A stretch of DNA of 24,605 bases, counting the filler, from Haliotis rufescens (Eukaryota): assembly GCF_023055435.1 (NCBI RefSeq). It is 2 parts of 2 records of this genome, joined end to end, with 100 filler letters (N's around TTAATTAATTAA, not from the genome) between each part and the next. Parts side by side here need not be neighbours in the genome. Positions count along the whole stretch, not along the records: positions 1 to 5,665 come from NW_025964223.1; positions 5,766 to 24,605 come from NW_025964361.1. The stretch is one strand, 5' to 3'. The notes under the pieces are model-generated. The model was not told the origin of the DNA. It did not search any database and worked only from the letters and a program-made list of their open reading frames with translations. Both the position numbers and the translations under genes were made by a program. Shown piece by piece: positions 1 through 12,100 of the stretch (its first letter is position 1; each line of letters begins with the position of its first letter).

Positions 1-1185
1 CTGAGCATTTAGATTATAAACGTATGGCTAAAGCTGCACCTGCGTCTGCTGGTAGAGCTCTTGGTTTGCTTATTATAAAGTTTAAACTTCTTGGTGAAAT
101 GAATTATCATACTTTTACAAAGTTGTATAACACAATGGTGTGGTCTACCCTAGAATATGGGTCATGTATACGGGGTGTGTATGAGTTTTCATGTGTAAAT
201 GCGGTACAAAATAGAGCTATGAGCTTCTTTTTAGGTCTACTTAAATTTGCACCAATTAATGCTGTAATTGGTGATATGGGCTGGACACCAACAATTATTA
301 TGCAATGGTGTAGTTTTGTCAGATTTCATAGACGTTTATGTAATATGGACCCTGATCGGATAACATAAAAAATATTTGTATGGGGCAATATCAAAGCACT
401 TTTTAATAAAAGAAATTGGGTTTTTAGAGTAATAAAAAAGCTATCCGATCTTGGCCTAAATCATTTTGCTAATATCTCCAATAATTATTATGCCAAATAT
501 GTAGTAACTGTTGCATCTGTCAAGAGTAAAATGTATGATATATTTCGTACAAAGTGGAGTGAGGATGTGTGTCAGGCATAAAGTGTAAATGGTACAGGAG
601 GAAACAAATTAAGAATGTATTGTAATTTTAAGTATTTTCCAAATTGTGAGTTTTATGTTAGTAATTATATGTCTTGTTCTTATAGACGAGCAATTGCTAG
701 TTTTAATAGTTTAACAGCCCCTATAACGATTAAGACGGGACGATACGATGGTACAGTTCTAAATGAGAGATATTGTTTTTAATGTCAGAATATATTAGAA
801 GATGAATGCCATGTTATACTTAAATGTCCTTTATACAATGTGGAGAGATCCCAGTTACTTGATCTATATTTTAACACTTGTCCAAATTTTGATATTTTGG
901 TTGATATTGAAAAGTTATGTGTTATACTGTCCAGCCATGATATTTGCTATGTTGCGGCCAAAACCTGCTATTATATTTTAAAGAAAATAAAAGAAATTTT
1001 ATATCGTCGTTAAACACGTTGTTTATATACTGTTTAAATATATATCTGTATATATGTGTAAATAGTATATATAGTCTCTCATAACTCCATGTGGAGTGGC
1101 TAAAATGTTAATAAGATGCTGTATGTTATAATGTACATTTATGAGGTGAGACTTAAATACAAATATGCCTGTCTGTCTGTCTGCC
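1..1185 (+). mobile_element. 3' part of a decayed non-LTR retrotransposon (L2/Crack/Daphne-like ORF2 C-terminus, 3' UTR and (CTGT)n tail)
   Basis: One frame runs from base 3 to TAA 1011-1013 with three internal stops (366, 579, 780). Motifs LEYGSCI, VQNRAMSFFLG, GGNKLRMY, TGRY and CF*CQNILEDECHVILKCPLY (CCHC-like). A short 3' UTR and a (CTGT)n tail at 1167-1185 follow. Confidence 0.88.
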
Positions 1186-1765
1186 ATAGAGTCAAGGAAT
1201 ACAATGATATAGTCTGTGTGCTGGAAAGAAATAGTAAACAAACCAGATTACTGAAATTTAAATCTGTCTGAAAGTAAGATAAAATCATGCACAGAATTTT
1301 TGTGTTAGTTTCTTTAGATTTATGTGGATTGCCAGACAGGACCGAGTTAAGATCATATTCATTCAGATAATAATACATATACAATGATATTGCAATATAA
1401 AAGGCAGAAGAAAAGTAGTGGAAAGAATCTTCACACTGATGACCACAGAGATAGTAAGAGTGAGGCAATAGATGTCGCGTGAACTTGTTCAAATTTAAAT
1501 CGTAACTGTTACATAAAGTGAAGCATCGTCTGCGAAAAGACGGATTTTCCTTTTGGTGACTTCAACAATGCCAGTATAAAATGAACAATAGCGGCTCCAA
1601 GACAGACCCCTTGGGCACACTGGCTATAACTGATTTAGTATCAGATTTGGAACCCTGTACAACAACATGTTGTATTTTATATGAGATATGAGTTTTACCA
1701 TCTATGAATGTTACCAGTAATTCCATATTTTCGTAGTTTAAATAAAAGACCCTCATGCCAATCTG
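1186..1765 (-). mobile_element. Internally deleted CR1-like LINE remnant (RT motifs fused to ORF2 C-terminus)
   Basis: Minus-strand translation gives WHEGLLFKLRKYGITG, SVPKGSVLEPLLFILY (GVPQGSVLGP-like) and IRLFADDASLY, then directly LCGHQCEDSFHYF...LSGN...NTKIL. Frameshifts and stops present. Confidence 0.85.
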
Positions 1766-2147
1766 TACAAAAAGGTTTACTAATGCCACAGAGTACGTCC
1801 CTAAGCTCTTCAGGGTTTTTACGATCCATCACACATCTTTGTGCTTGATAATGGCTTTGTGTCTGGGTTTTTCACCAATTTAAGCTGCTGCTCTTGATAT
1901 TGTTGATTAACCTTTGATACAACGTACACTATATGAGAGGATGACTTTGGAATGCTAACAGGCGTTATTATATGTCCAAGATGACATAAATGTCATGTGT
2001 GGTACACCCAGTATCTTACATATAAAGGAAACATTTCATAATTGAATTCAGCAGTCCCACATAATTTGGCCTGACACTACCATGCCGAATACAATGTATT
2101 TTCGTGCCGCACTACCAGCCAAGCAGTATAAAACAATGCTGATATCA

Positions 2148-2175
2148 ACCCCCCCCCCCCCCCCCCCCCCCCCCC
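2148..2175. repeat. Poly-C homopolymer (~28 nt)
   Basis: Direct reading. Confidence 0.95.
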
Positions 2176-4454
2176 TCTCCCATGTGTTGATATGTCGCAG
2201 AGTGAGTGAGTGACACACTAAATGTACATAATATACACGTAAAATAGGCTCATTTCCTTTGGTATAACTGGGGACATATTCCCTCTCGTTCATAACGATG
2301 GGTCTATGTATAAATTGTTCAGGGGAATTTTAATATCAAAACGTCTATATACAAGCATATACAAGCGCCGTCAATGTATGCCCCGAGTTTCACGTAAATT
2401 AATTGGAAACGAACGTAAATACACACGATCAGAATGAATGGTTATTGAATAATTAAATGGTTTGTCAGGCAATCAATACTTTCGATAAATAAACACTATC
2501 GCAAGATTTCAGATTTGCATGTCATGCTGATAGCTATCATTGTGTGTGGTTTGTAAATAGTATATTGTCCTCAAGCATAACAATTGCGTCATCGTCAATG
2601 GAAGTTTGATAAAAAATAAGAATAATACATGAACCTGCAGCTGGGTACTTTAAGAATGTGTTATATTCCTCATTACTATCACCCTGAGACGTAATGGCAG
2701 GATAGACCGGTTGTAGTGAGGAGTATCAGGGCATCTGCCCCCCGGAATACTGCCCTTAGGCAAATGCCCCCACAAAAATTGACCCAGGGAAAGTATCCTA
2801 ATCAATGACAGAATATAGCGGTTGTATTTATCTCTGACAGCTATCAGTTCCAGGTAACCGCAGTTACCGTGTATGTTATATATAGGGATTCTACCGACCA
2901 GCTCGTTGAAAGGTCCCTCAGCCATTGTCGTCAACAATCAGACCACTGTAGCGATCGTAAGTAAGGCTTACATTTCGTGATTGATTTCGTAATTGTTTTA
3001 ACGTTTCTTTCAGTATTTTATGAAGTGCCATATTTCAGAGATTTTGTTCATCTCTTTATCACATATGTGTTAGAAATTCTCTACAGAGAATTTTATTTCC
3101 TTATTATTTCATTTATTGTCATATGACAAACATTAATTATTGATAAGATGAATGTTATGAATATACTTTCAAAATGAATGCAAATGGCATTAAATGTATA
3201 AGATGTAATGGCTTTTTGGAAATAGATCCTGGAAAGTTTAAGACAAGTTTTAATGTTTTCATTACGCGTTAGTGAATAACATCATTAATCCATGTACATC
3301 TTTGGCTCCTTGGTATGAGTCCCAAACAATGCAAAATAAATACCTTGAAAAATATATGTAAACAAATTAGAACGAATTACTAAATGCCAAACATGTACAT
3401 TAACGTCTGGTAGCATTGGTTTGTGTTGGATTAATGTTTGATTCCGCTCCAAGCGACTTTATTTTGGGTGACGATTCATGACATAATACATTCCCGAAAA
3501 ATGAAGACATTTTAACACGTGTCTCTGTAAAGTCACCTTAATAATACAATTACGTAATGTGGCTGTGAGGCCCACATCGTGAGAACATTTTTTATTACTT
3601 TTATTGTCTAGAAACTTTCTGTTTAGAAATATCGTTAAATTATCTTTCACTTGAAAATACTGTCCATCGCTAAATATCATTGTTTAGCACATGGTTCACT
3701 GGATAGGTGCTTACGCTGACAAAGTGAGCTTGTTTTATATTTTGTGATCAGAAAGTTACATCAGCACTAGCAGTAAATATAAAAAATGAAAACATTTGCT
3801 GAATCAGACATAAGTTTTCAAGTTATCACAGTTGAAAATCAATCTTCAGTGAAGAACACCAATCTACGTCCTCAGAAGAAATAAACCAAAGAACATATTG
3901 TAACATGTAAAATACATGAAATAGAGAGATACAGGGTGCAGAAATTCAATATATGGTGATAATACATTTTAAAAAACAAAAACAAATGCAACATACCAGA
4001 AATAGAAAGATACTTTTTGAGATATCACTCTTAATCCCCTATTGTTTTTAGATTGAGCAATCTTATTCTTATGTGCAGGAAACGTGCGAAGACCCCTAGG
4101 GCACATTGACCACATTGTGTCAAATAAACCCTGCACCTTTGATTCTCTTGATCTTGCTCATTTCAGTCAAAATATAATACATGTAGAAAACAAAGCAAAT
4201 TAGAAAGTATGGGATATTTACTTGTGAACATGTCATAAAAAGTTGTGTGGTGATATTTCTAAGGAACTATTATTTGTAATAATGACCCAACTATATCTTT
4301 TTAAACCAAAAACAATGTACGAATACTTTTGGCCTTAAGAAGAGCCAAGAAAATGCCAATAAAAGAAGATTGAATATGTTCTTAATATAATAATATCCAC
4401 AACTGTCGGATGTTACCATACAAAACGTTCTCAGGAGGTGTTTTATGTGGGAAA

Positions 4455-4507
4455 TGAGTGACTTTGGTTTAACACCGCTTTTAACAGTATTCCAGTTATA
4501 TCGCGGT
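4455..4507 (-). mobile_element. SINE 3' tail fragment
   Basis: Reverse complement matches the shared tail GATATAGCTGGAATATTGCT..AAAGCGGCGTTAAACC..ACTC of full copies at 19754 and 21623. Confidence 0.7.
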
Positions 4508-4569
4508 ATGGGGAATGAATATAGCCTGCCAGAGTAAATTTGTAGTGAATGTTTAATACTTTGCAGTTG

Positions 4570-5030
4570 GGAAATCTTCAGGGATTTCTATTTGTGGACC
4601 ACACCTTCTTTATTTTACTGTAATAGCAACGTTTACAGATCCTTCTACCGTTGCCAAGGTTGACTGAATAATGAGCACGGTACAGAATAAATATAGTCGG
4701 TGGAGGATAAACAGTACCAACATGGGAGGTGGATGGGAATGAAATGCCTTGATCTCTGTTGATTGATGGCTAATGGCGGCGAATCTGGACTGCTTCTGTT
4801 AGTTTTAGTGAACTCGCAGGGGTTGTTGGATGGGATATGGACATTCATTTTCTAATTGATGTTGTGATTGGGGCAGTTGGTGATACGGTCCGAGATGGCT
4901 GATTTACTGTCTGATTTGATGGTTGAGGTTTTGTGTTCTTTGATTGTGGTGTTTGAGGGGCGTGATGTTTCACCTACATAGGATTGTCAGTCAATTTTAT
5001 TCTACACCTTTAGGTTCTTTGAGTGAACCA
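4570..5030 (-). mobile_element. Penelope-like element remnant (GIY-YIG endonuclease region and 3' end)
   Basis: Minus strand reads SYVGETSRPSNTTIKEHK (YIGET.R.L..R..EH motif), KSAISDRI and LKLTEAVQIRRH*PSINRDQG (EA..I....P.INRD.G motif), with frameshifts and stops. Confidence 0.8.
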
Positions 5031-5665
5031 TGAAATGAGATCTGTAAACATCGTAAATTGCCCCTTTTAATCGTGCAATATACCATCTGCTCCAGCTAAT
5101 GACGTTCGCATTTCTCAATTGTTTAGGTACTGTAGAGTAAAGGCCTGGTTAAGTCAGAGAAATATAATGATACACATTGAAAGGAATTCACCAAATATGA
5201 CACGTCGCTTGTCAACATGATCCGCCGTGTTATCCCATACGACGACCTGGGGTTTTCACACCTCCTTCCTCGCATTCAGTTACTTAATGAAAGTTTGGTG
5301 AGTGGCTGGTATCTTAATATTGCACTTACTCTAGAATCAATCCTAAATCCACAAAATAAATTAGAAAAATTCAAAGCCTTAGGCATATACTTAATTAAAA
5401 CAGGACTAATAAGTCGCATTTAAACCCAAAATAAACTAATAAAACCAAAATCACATAAACTAACAAACCACCCAGCACACACAGCTCCCTTAGTTTGCCC
5501 CTACCCACTCTTGGCATTCATTCCAAATCTCAAAATCTCAGAATTACTATATAAGCAACCCTTAAACCCCCCTCCTGGGTTGCACCACCACTTCCTTTTC
5601 CCCCCTTCGGAAACACATTAAATGGCCTGACGGACCCGTGTGCGACAAACGCTTGCAAAGCGCAC

Positions 5666-5765
5666 NNNNNNNNNNNNNNNNNNNNNNNNNNNNNNNNNNN
5701 NNNNNNNNNTTAATTAATTAANNNNNNNNNNNNNNNNNNNNNNNNNNNNNNNNNNNNNNNNNNNN
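5666..5765. other. Assembly gap: 44 N + TTAATTAATTAA + 44 N (100-bp artificial spacer)
   Basis: Symmetric N runs around a palindromic 12-mer that gives stop codons in all six frames. Confidence 0.95.
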
Positions 5766-5989
5766 GTGGTGGTAGAGGTGCATGAACGTACGTGGTAGCA
5801 GCCGATGGAAGGTGACATTCAGAAGGTCACTGTATGCAGCCTTGCCAGTCTTTATGGGGCGGTATTTCGCAACTGACACTAACACCAAGTTTGTGTCCCA
5901 TAGAGCACCAGATAAATATATCACTTCAGAAAGGATATTGTGACACTTCATAGAATGGCGAGAAAGAGTCTTTGGAAATATATACTAAA

Positions 5990-6190
5990 AAACGTTGAGA
6001 AAAGGTTCTTATCCTGACTGGCGTTCGGCATTACAGGAATGAAATAGGCACTGGTCGGGTCGGAGTTAGTGTACTGTGTGGGTGGGTGTCCATGTTAAAC
6101 TGCGGCATGGCATCTCAGTGAGCTAGCACTATAAAACCATCATAAGTCCGGACTAGTCAAAGGAGCCACACGCACGTCCTTGCACGTAGC
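5990..6190 (+). mobile_element. 5'-truncated Meta-domain-like SINE copy
   Basis: Matches the reverse complement of 15135-15345 (CTGGCG.TCGGCATTA...CATGTTAAACTGCGGCATGG.ATCTCAGTGAGCTAGCACTATAAA...GTCCGGACTAG). Confidence 0.8.
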
Positions 6191-6875
6191 TACAGAAGTG
6201 AAATGATCCTGTACGCGACCTCACCTCCTTATACCGTAATATTTGCTGTAAACGATGTATCTTTTCAATTTAGTTAATTTCCCAAATTCTCTGTACTAAA
6301 ACCAAAATTTCGCTCATCTCTTTCCATCATACACGTGGGATACAAAGTAATACCCATTACTCTCGAGGTTTGCACAGTATTCTTGTACTTCTTTATCAAA
6401 TTTAAGTGTAGATCTCTGAAACCATAATGCATGTTTAAAATATGTGAAAAGCAGAAGGACGATGCTTAACTTTTGTTTGGCAAGATAAAAAGACTGATAT
6501 CACGCAACCATGACTACACACAATACCACTCAGTGTAACTCATAACATAACTACACGCGGTAGCACATGCGTGCTATAGACTAGAAATTAATATTGACCT
6601 CTGTTCTGTTCACACCAAAGCGAAACGAGTACAGATACTGCTATGAGATTTATATCACTCTAAGTTTGACCCAGCTAAAAATACCTGTCTTTGTTCTCTC
6701 ACTGTGTCTCTCTCTTACTTTAAACAAGCTGTGTGCATTTTTCGTCATATGATTTCGCAATAAAGGTCTTCAGTTGGTGGGATACGGTACAGTAACCCAG
6801 TCGCCCAAACGCCTATGTATAGACTAGAAGAGGTGCAGTGTTCCTTTTCAACCTGTCTCTACACATCGAGACCTA

Positions 6876-6939
6876 CCCTCCCCCCCCCCCCCCCCCCCCC
6901 TCCAACCCAACCACCCGACCCACCCCACCCCCACCCCAC
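6876..6939. repeat. C-rich low-complexity tract upstream of the EF-hand gene
   Basis: A C21 run followed by CCCA/CCCCA repeats. Confidence 0.9.
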
Positions 6940-7168
6940 TGCTTTGTACACCCTTTGGAATCTACCCGCCTCTCATTGTACACTGTATGACAGTATACAT
7001 TTCACGCCTTCACTCAGCCTTGTCACACAAGCTACCGGGACTCTGCTCTGTATATCAAACAAGAAAGTCAGCGTAGTAGCGAACTGGTCTTAAGCTCTGT
7101 TTGTTTTAGTTAAGCATAGAGTCAAGTGGTAAGACCTCCTGTAGTGACAACGTGTAGAGGTTTCCATC

Positions 7169-7315
7169 ATGTCTCATCTTAGTGCCAAGGACAGGGACAT
7201 ATACATCAAGGTATTTCTTGCTGCTGACGTTAACAATGATGGATACCTCAATATGGAAGAAGTCAACGGTCTTTTCAAAGAACTAGGATATAAACTGGAA
7301 CGGGAGCAAGTCTAT
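7169..7315 (+). CDS. EF-hand gene coding exon 1 (EF1)
   Basis: MSHLSAKDRDIYIKVFLAADVNNDGYLNMEEVNGLFKELGYKLEREQVY, then donor GTGAGT at 7316. Confidence 0.9.
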
Positions 7316-9107
7316 GTGAGTTCATATGTGGGAGAGGGTAATTAAGCTGCATTTGTCACATTGCAGGGACAAAAAGACGCATACCTTCTTTTCTGTGAGT
7401 TGGGTTAAATGCCGTTTTGAACAGTATTTCCGTTGTGTCACGGCGTGCCTGCTCTATGGGAGGGGAAGGCCTGGAATGATGCAGTATGAGATGTTATCAT
7501 TTTGGTGAAACCCATAAGGGAATTGTGCTGACAATCATGTTTTTTTGCATGCCTAAGGGACGCAACCCAGCACATCAACACCAAATCTTTACACGTGGAT
7601 TAATGGCGAATATATTCGTCCTGCATGTTGTGTTTTCCTCCAAAATAGTTTCTTATTATAGAAGTCTGATGTAGTAAATTTTTCGTCTGAACGATTTTCG
7701 ATGATCAGCGCTTGGAACTTCAAAGAACGTATCAGGGGTGTCTCAGTGGAGACCCGGGTTAGAAATGGTCTTGTGGAAAATGGCATTAACGAGTGAGTGA
7801 GTGATAAATTACACCACCTTCGAATGACCATATCTTGTTTGTTCCATTTTTGACCACCACCAAACAAACATGGATGCCGGGCAGTTTACAACAAAATGTA
7901 TATTTGTATGAGCTCAATATCCCAGCAACATATGAATGAGATTACACTATACACTACTACTGCAAACACACATCATCCGCTATGTCATGGTTAAAGTGAC
8001 ATTTACAAATCAGGAGCAAGTGAGTGAGTTAGTGAGTGAGTGACTATGTCATTTCACTCCCACACAACTACTGCACACACACACAAGAACTGCGATGTCA
8101 AGGTTATGGTGACATTTACAAATCAGGATGTTGCAATCTTTGCATGTGGAAAAATACTATGACGTGAGTGAGTGAGTGTGTGAGTGTATGTCTTTACACT
8201 ACACACGACTACTGCAAACACACATGCTGATCTGCGATGTCATGGCTAAAATTATATTCAGGATGTTGCAATATGTCATGGCGGGGCATTTCGAGTACAC
8301 GTACTCGTGGACAATGTTACATTCCCCAGTGTGCAGGATGTAGTTTATTCCGTTGCACGAGGAGCGCCTGCTCAAGTCTCTAAGGAAGAGATTATTTGTT
8401 AAAATAATAATTCCTAAATGATTTACAAAATAGGAATTAAGAATAGAATTACTATACATCTATGGACTTATTATTCAGTACAGCCTTGGAGCGAGGCGAG
8501 CGGAACGCCCATACTCCCAAAAAGTAGTGTTCTGACCGATCTTTCTCACACTTGTTTAGCAGTTGTGTGTTGTTGTTAGAGCGTTATCTAGGTCGGCGCT
8601 TGGTTCGTTCATGAAATCTTCTTTTGTATTCCCCAGTGTGTACCAGTTGCCTTGAAGAGGTTTGTGCACGGTTTAGTGATTGCAAGTGATCCACTTTGTA
8701 TGGACGGATTCCGATATATTGTATATGAATAATAAACTGTAATTCACAGGGAACTGAAAATGCAAACTGAATGTGGTCTGGTTAGTTAGTTGAAACACAT
8801 TTTATTCAGATTGAAATTGATTGAGAACAAGTTATCCAACTTAGGACTCCCTCGCCATGTGGTATTTACAAAGCTTGTACAGTAAATCATATACAAGGAA
8901 AACAGAAAAGAAGATGAGTGTATAGATACAAAGAAATGTACAAAAGAGAGACTTGTATATTTACATTAATGTGTCATCCAAATCTATTTGTATGACTTAT
9001 AAACATTTGCACTGCCTTAAAGATATTATTAAGTTGATTTTCGATAATGGTCAAACAATCATTTCCGTTTAACATCAAACTTTAATCTGATTAGTTAGTT
9101 AGTTGCC

Positions 9108-9142
<35 letters not shown>

Positions 9143-12100
9143 TTTTCTCCCAGGCCATGTTTGCTAAGCTTGATACTGACCAAAACTACAAGATAACCTT
9201 GGACGAGTTCTTGGCTGCTATGGCGCCTATCGAGAGGAAGGAGAAAGAGTAAGTTGGATTGTTATGTTTTATTTCACAGCGTTTGAGGTACAATGCTCTT
9301 TCTACGAAGCTTTCAAGAGCATCATGCTCAACAAGAGTTTGATCAGGGTCACATTTGTTCGCATGTGTTTGCGACGGGTACCGTGTTCCCGTGGGTTCTT
9401 TGCAGGTGGACAAATGCTTTCCCTTTGCATGTGGAGTAAGTGGTGGGTGCCCCTGCTTTTCGCGAACACCTGGTATCTTTGCAGCTGGACAATTGCTTTC
9501 CCTTTGCATGTGGAGTAAGTGGTGGGTGCCCCTGCTTTTCGCGAACACCTGGTATCACCACTATTTGAGAGTGAATCATAAACACATGCTTATGATACTG
9601 TCCAACCCGTATAATGGAACTTTTTAAGTAGGGATATTTTATGATTATGGAAAGTGGTTTGTCACGTTTAACTCTATCACGCTGACATTGCTTTACTGTA
9701 AACCACCTTTACTGTGGGATAACGTCAAATATATACATTTCGTGAGGAAATGCTTAGTAATACCCTTCTCGCGAACACCTGGAGTCATCACAGTTTGACA
9801 GTGGTCCATCCATACACGTTTCACCACTACTTCGATTTTTACGCCGAATGGAATATGTTTCAGAATACGGAATAAAGACATTTAATTCTGTAAATTTAGG
9901 CATCAAGGCCCATAGTACAATGCAGATTGGATATTAACATTTGTCACGTGATGTACATGATTAGATTTTAAATCAAGTCACACATTCCTCATTATAAAGA
10001 CATGTTTTAAAAAAACAGAAACAGCATGGATCATATCAGGATTTTCAGAGTTTAGCACGATTTATCATTAACTGATGGCCTATAAAAATACCTTGCAATA
10101 TGGGGAGAAATTTATACCTTAAATGGGAATACGTTTCACATATAAGTAAGACAAGGTATTCATCTTCTACTTCTCCGGGTGAACAGTTTGTTCACAATAT
10201 CACCGTCTTTGGCCCTGTGACATACATTTACATTAAAAATGTGCAATGAAAGTCTAAGTTTACAACAAGCTCTGATTAAACTTTTATCATTTTATACAAG
10301 TTAAATATCTTTCAGTTTGTAATATATAATGATTTTACTTTGCTGTAATTGCTAGGATTAAGTGATTGAGAAAAACGTTGGTGCCAGTATTGACAAAATA
10401 TACCCTTTAGTCTTTGCATAAATGAGCATAAAATAACTGTGGATCTCCCACATCTTGGGAAATCAATACATATGAAAAGCCACTAACAAATAGATTTCTC
10501 ACATCTGAAACCCAATTATTTTTACCATTATCATCAAGTACCTTTAACATGTTGTAACACTGATATTGGTATCTATCAGGCATCATTCAAAATTACCCTT
10601 AATTGGCTGGCTACAAAAATATTACTACGGCCTGTTTCACCAAGGATTGACTTGTTTGAGGCAAACTTACCAACACCTAGAAAACATTTGAAATATGAAG
10701 TGTGAACGTTTTCAATTGCAGCGTAATACTTAGCACCACATATTTCAGAACCATACAAAAGTATAAGCATAATTTTGCCTTAAAAATGGTACATGCTGTG
10801 AAAAAAGACACACAACTATTTTCCCTGAATAACTTATACAGAGGCATAATGGCTTTCGAAGCCTGAACAGCTAATTGCTTACCGACCATAGACCATGACA
10901 ATCTAGAGGAAAACGTAAGACCTAAATATGTATAGTTAGTGACCACACTCAAGGCAGACGAACCAAAAAAACATTTTTAATGTTTTGCAACAATACCACC
11001 TTTTCTAAAATCTACAGCATTGTTTTTATTCAGATTTATTCAAGACTCCATTTTGAACAGTAACTCTGTAACACATTTAACTGTTTTTGCAAGCCATTTA
11101 CAGAATAGGAAAAAATTACAACATCATCAATAAAGAGAAGGAGCAGAATGTCCATTGTTTCTTGTGTTACACATATCCCATGTTGGCAACTATTTTGCAG
11201 CTCTATAGCAAGTTCATTTATGAAAAAATATAAACATCAACGGACTTAAAACACAGCCTTGTTGTACACCGGAGGCTGTTGTAAAGCAGTCCGTACGTTC
11301 ATTTTTGATCTTTATACATGCGCTGACTGATGCATCCTTTTATTAGCAAGTACAGACATTTTACCATGACATATGCATCCCTTCGTAATAAGTAAATACA
11401 TCAGTTTTGTCCTATTAACATAGTCAAAAGCTTCTTTTAAAAAAAAAAAATACACAATAAAAGCGACCTCTGGTTTTGCAAAAATATTTAGAGAAAAGAG
11501 CTTGTGAAACAAACAAATTATCAAGAGTAGAGTAGTTTGCTTACGACTCGGACAGTAAATCATTTACTTCCATCCATATTCTCAAATGTTTTTCTATGGT
11601 TGACGTGCAGATTTTTCCGATAACATTTAATATTGAAATGCCTCTATAATGTATGTTTCGGTAAAAACAAATACTGAGTCATTATACTTGCAACGAATCC
11701 ATCGCAAGGTTAGATCTGTGTCAACATGCCTTAGACGAATGATATCATTCTGTGTACATGTATATCTGATTTCTTAAGTCATATTCATACACACGTACTC
11801 CCAAGAACACAAGGTCTGATAAATCGATACATTTAAGTATATAAGTCTTAAGAGGTTGTTGTAGATAAAAAGGTGGCAGCCCATACACTCATAACTGAAA
11901 GCAACCATCAAGCCTACGTGAATTATTTTTACATTCATGAGCGGTGGCAAAGCCAGGTGGTTACAGCATTCGCTCGTTACACCGAGGGACAGGGGTCGAT
12001 TCCTTGCATGGGTAAATTGTGTAAAGCACCGACGAGCATGGGCATCGCGCAGACAAATGTCAAATTCAGAGTAAATCTTGGATTCGAACCCGTGGTCAGT

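Noticed and set aside
1436-1442. CTGATGA hammerhead core
   Set aside because: No stem II or GAAA partner; it lies in antisense LINE coding sequence.
4320-4340. TTTTGGCCTTAA as a Kolobok-type transposon end (also CCCTTAA near 18030)
   Set aside because: No matching opposite terminus was found in the window.
4631-5049. MITE defined by the 11-bp inverted repeat GTTTACAGATC / GATCTGTAAAC
   Set aside because: No TSD, and the interior is Penelope coding sequence. Chance or a Penelope inverted terminus is more likely.
5100-5665. Possible DIRS/LTR terminal region before the gap
   Set aside because: Composition is suggestive, but there is no diagnostic motif or second copy.
5710-5721. TTAATTAATTAA palindrome as a biological site
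   Set aside because: Centred in a symmetric N gap; it is an artificial linker.
9186-9627. Four overlapping ORFs of 78-120 aa
   Set aside because: Produced by the GC-richer 79-bp duplication and the antisense of exon 2; no domain signal.
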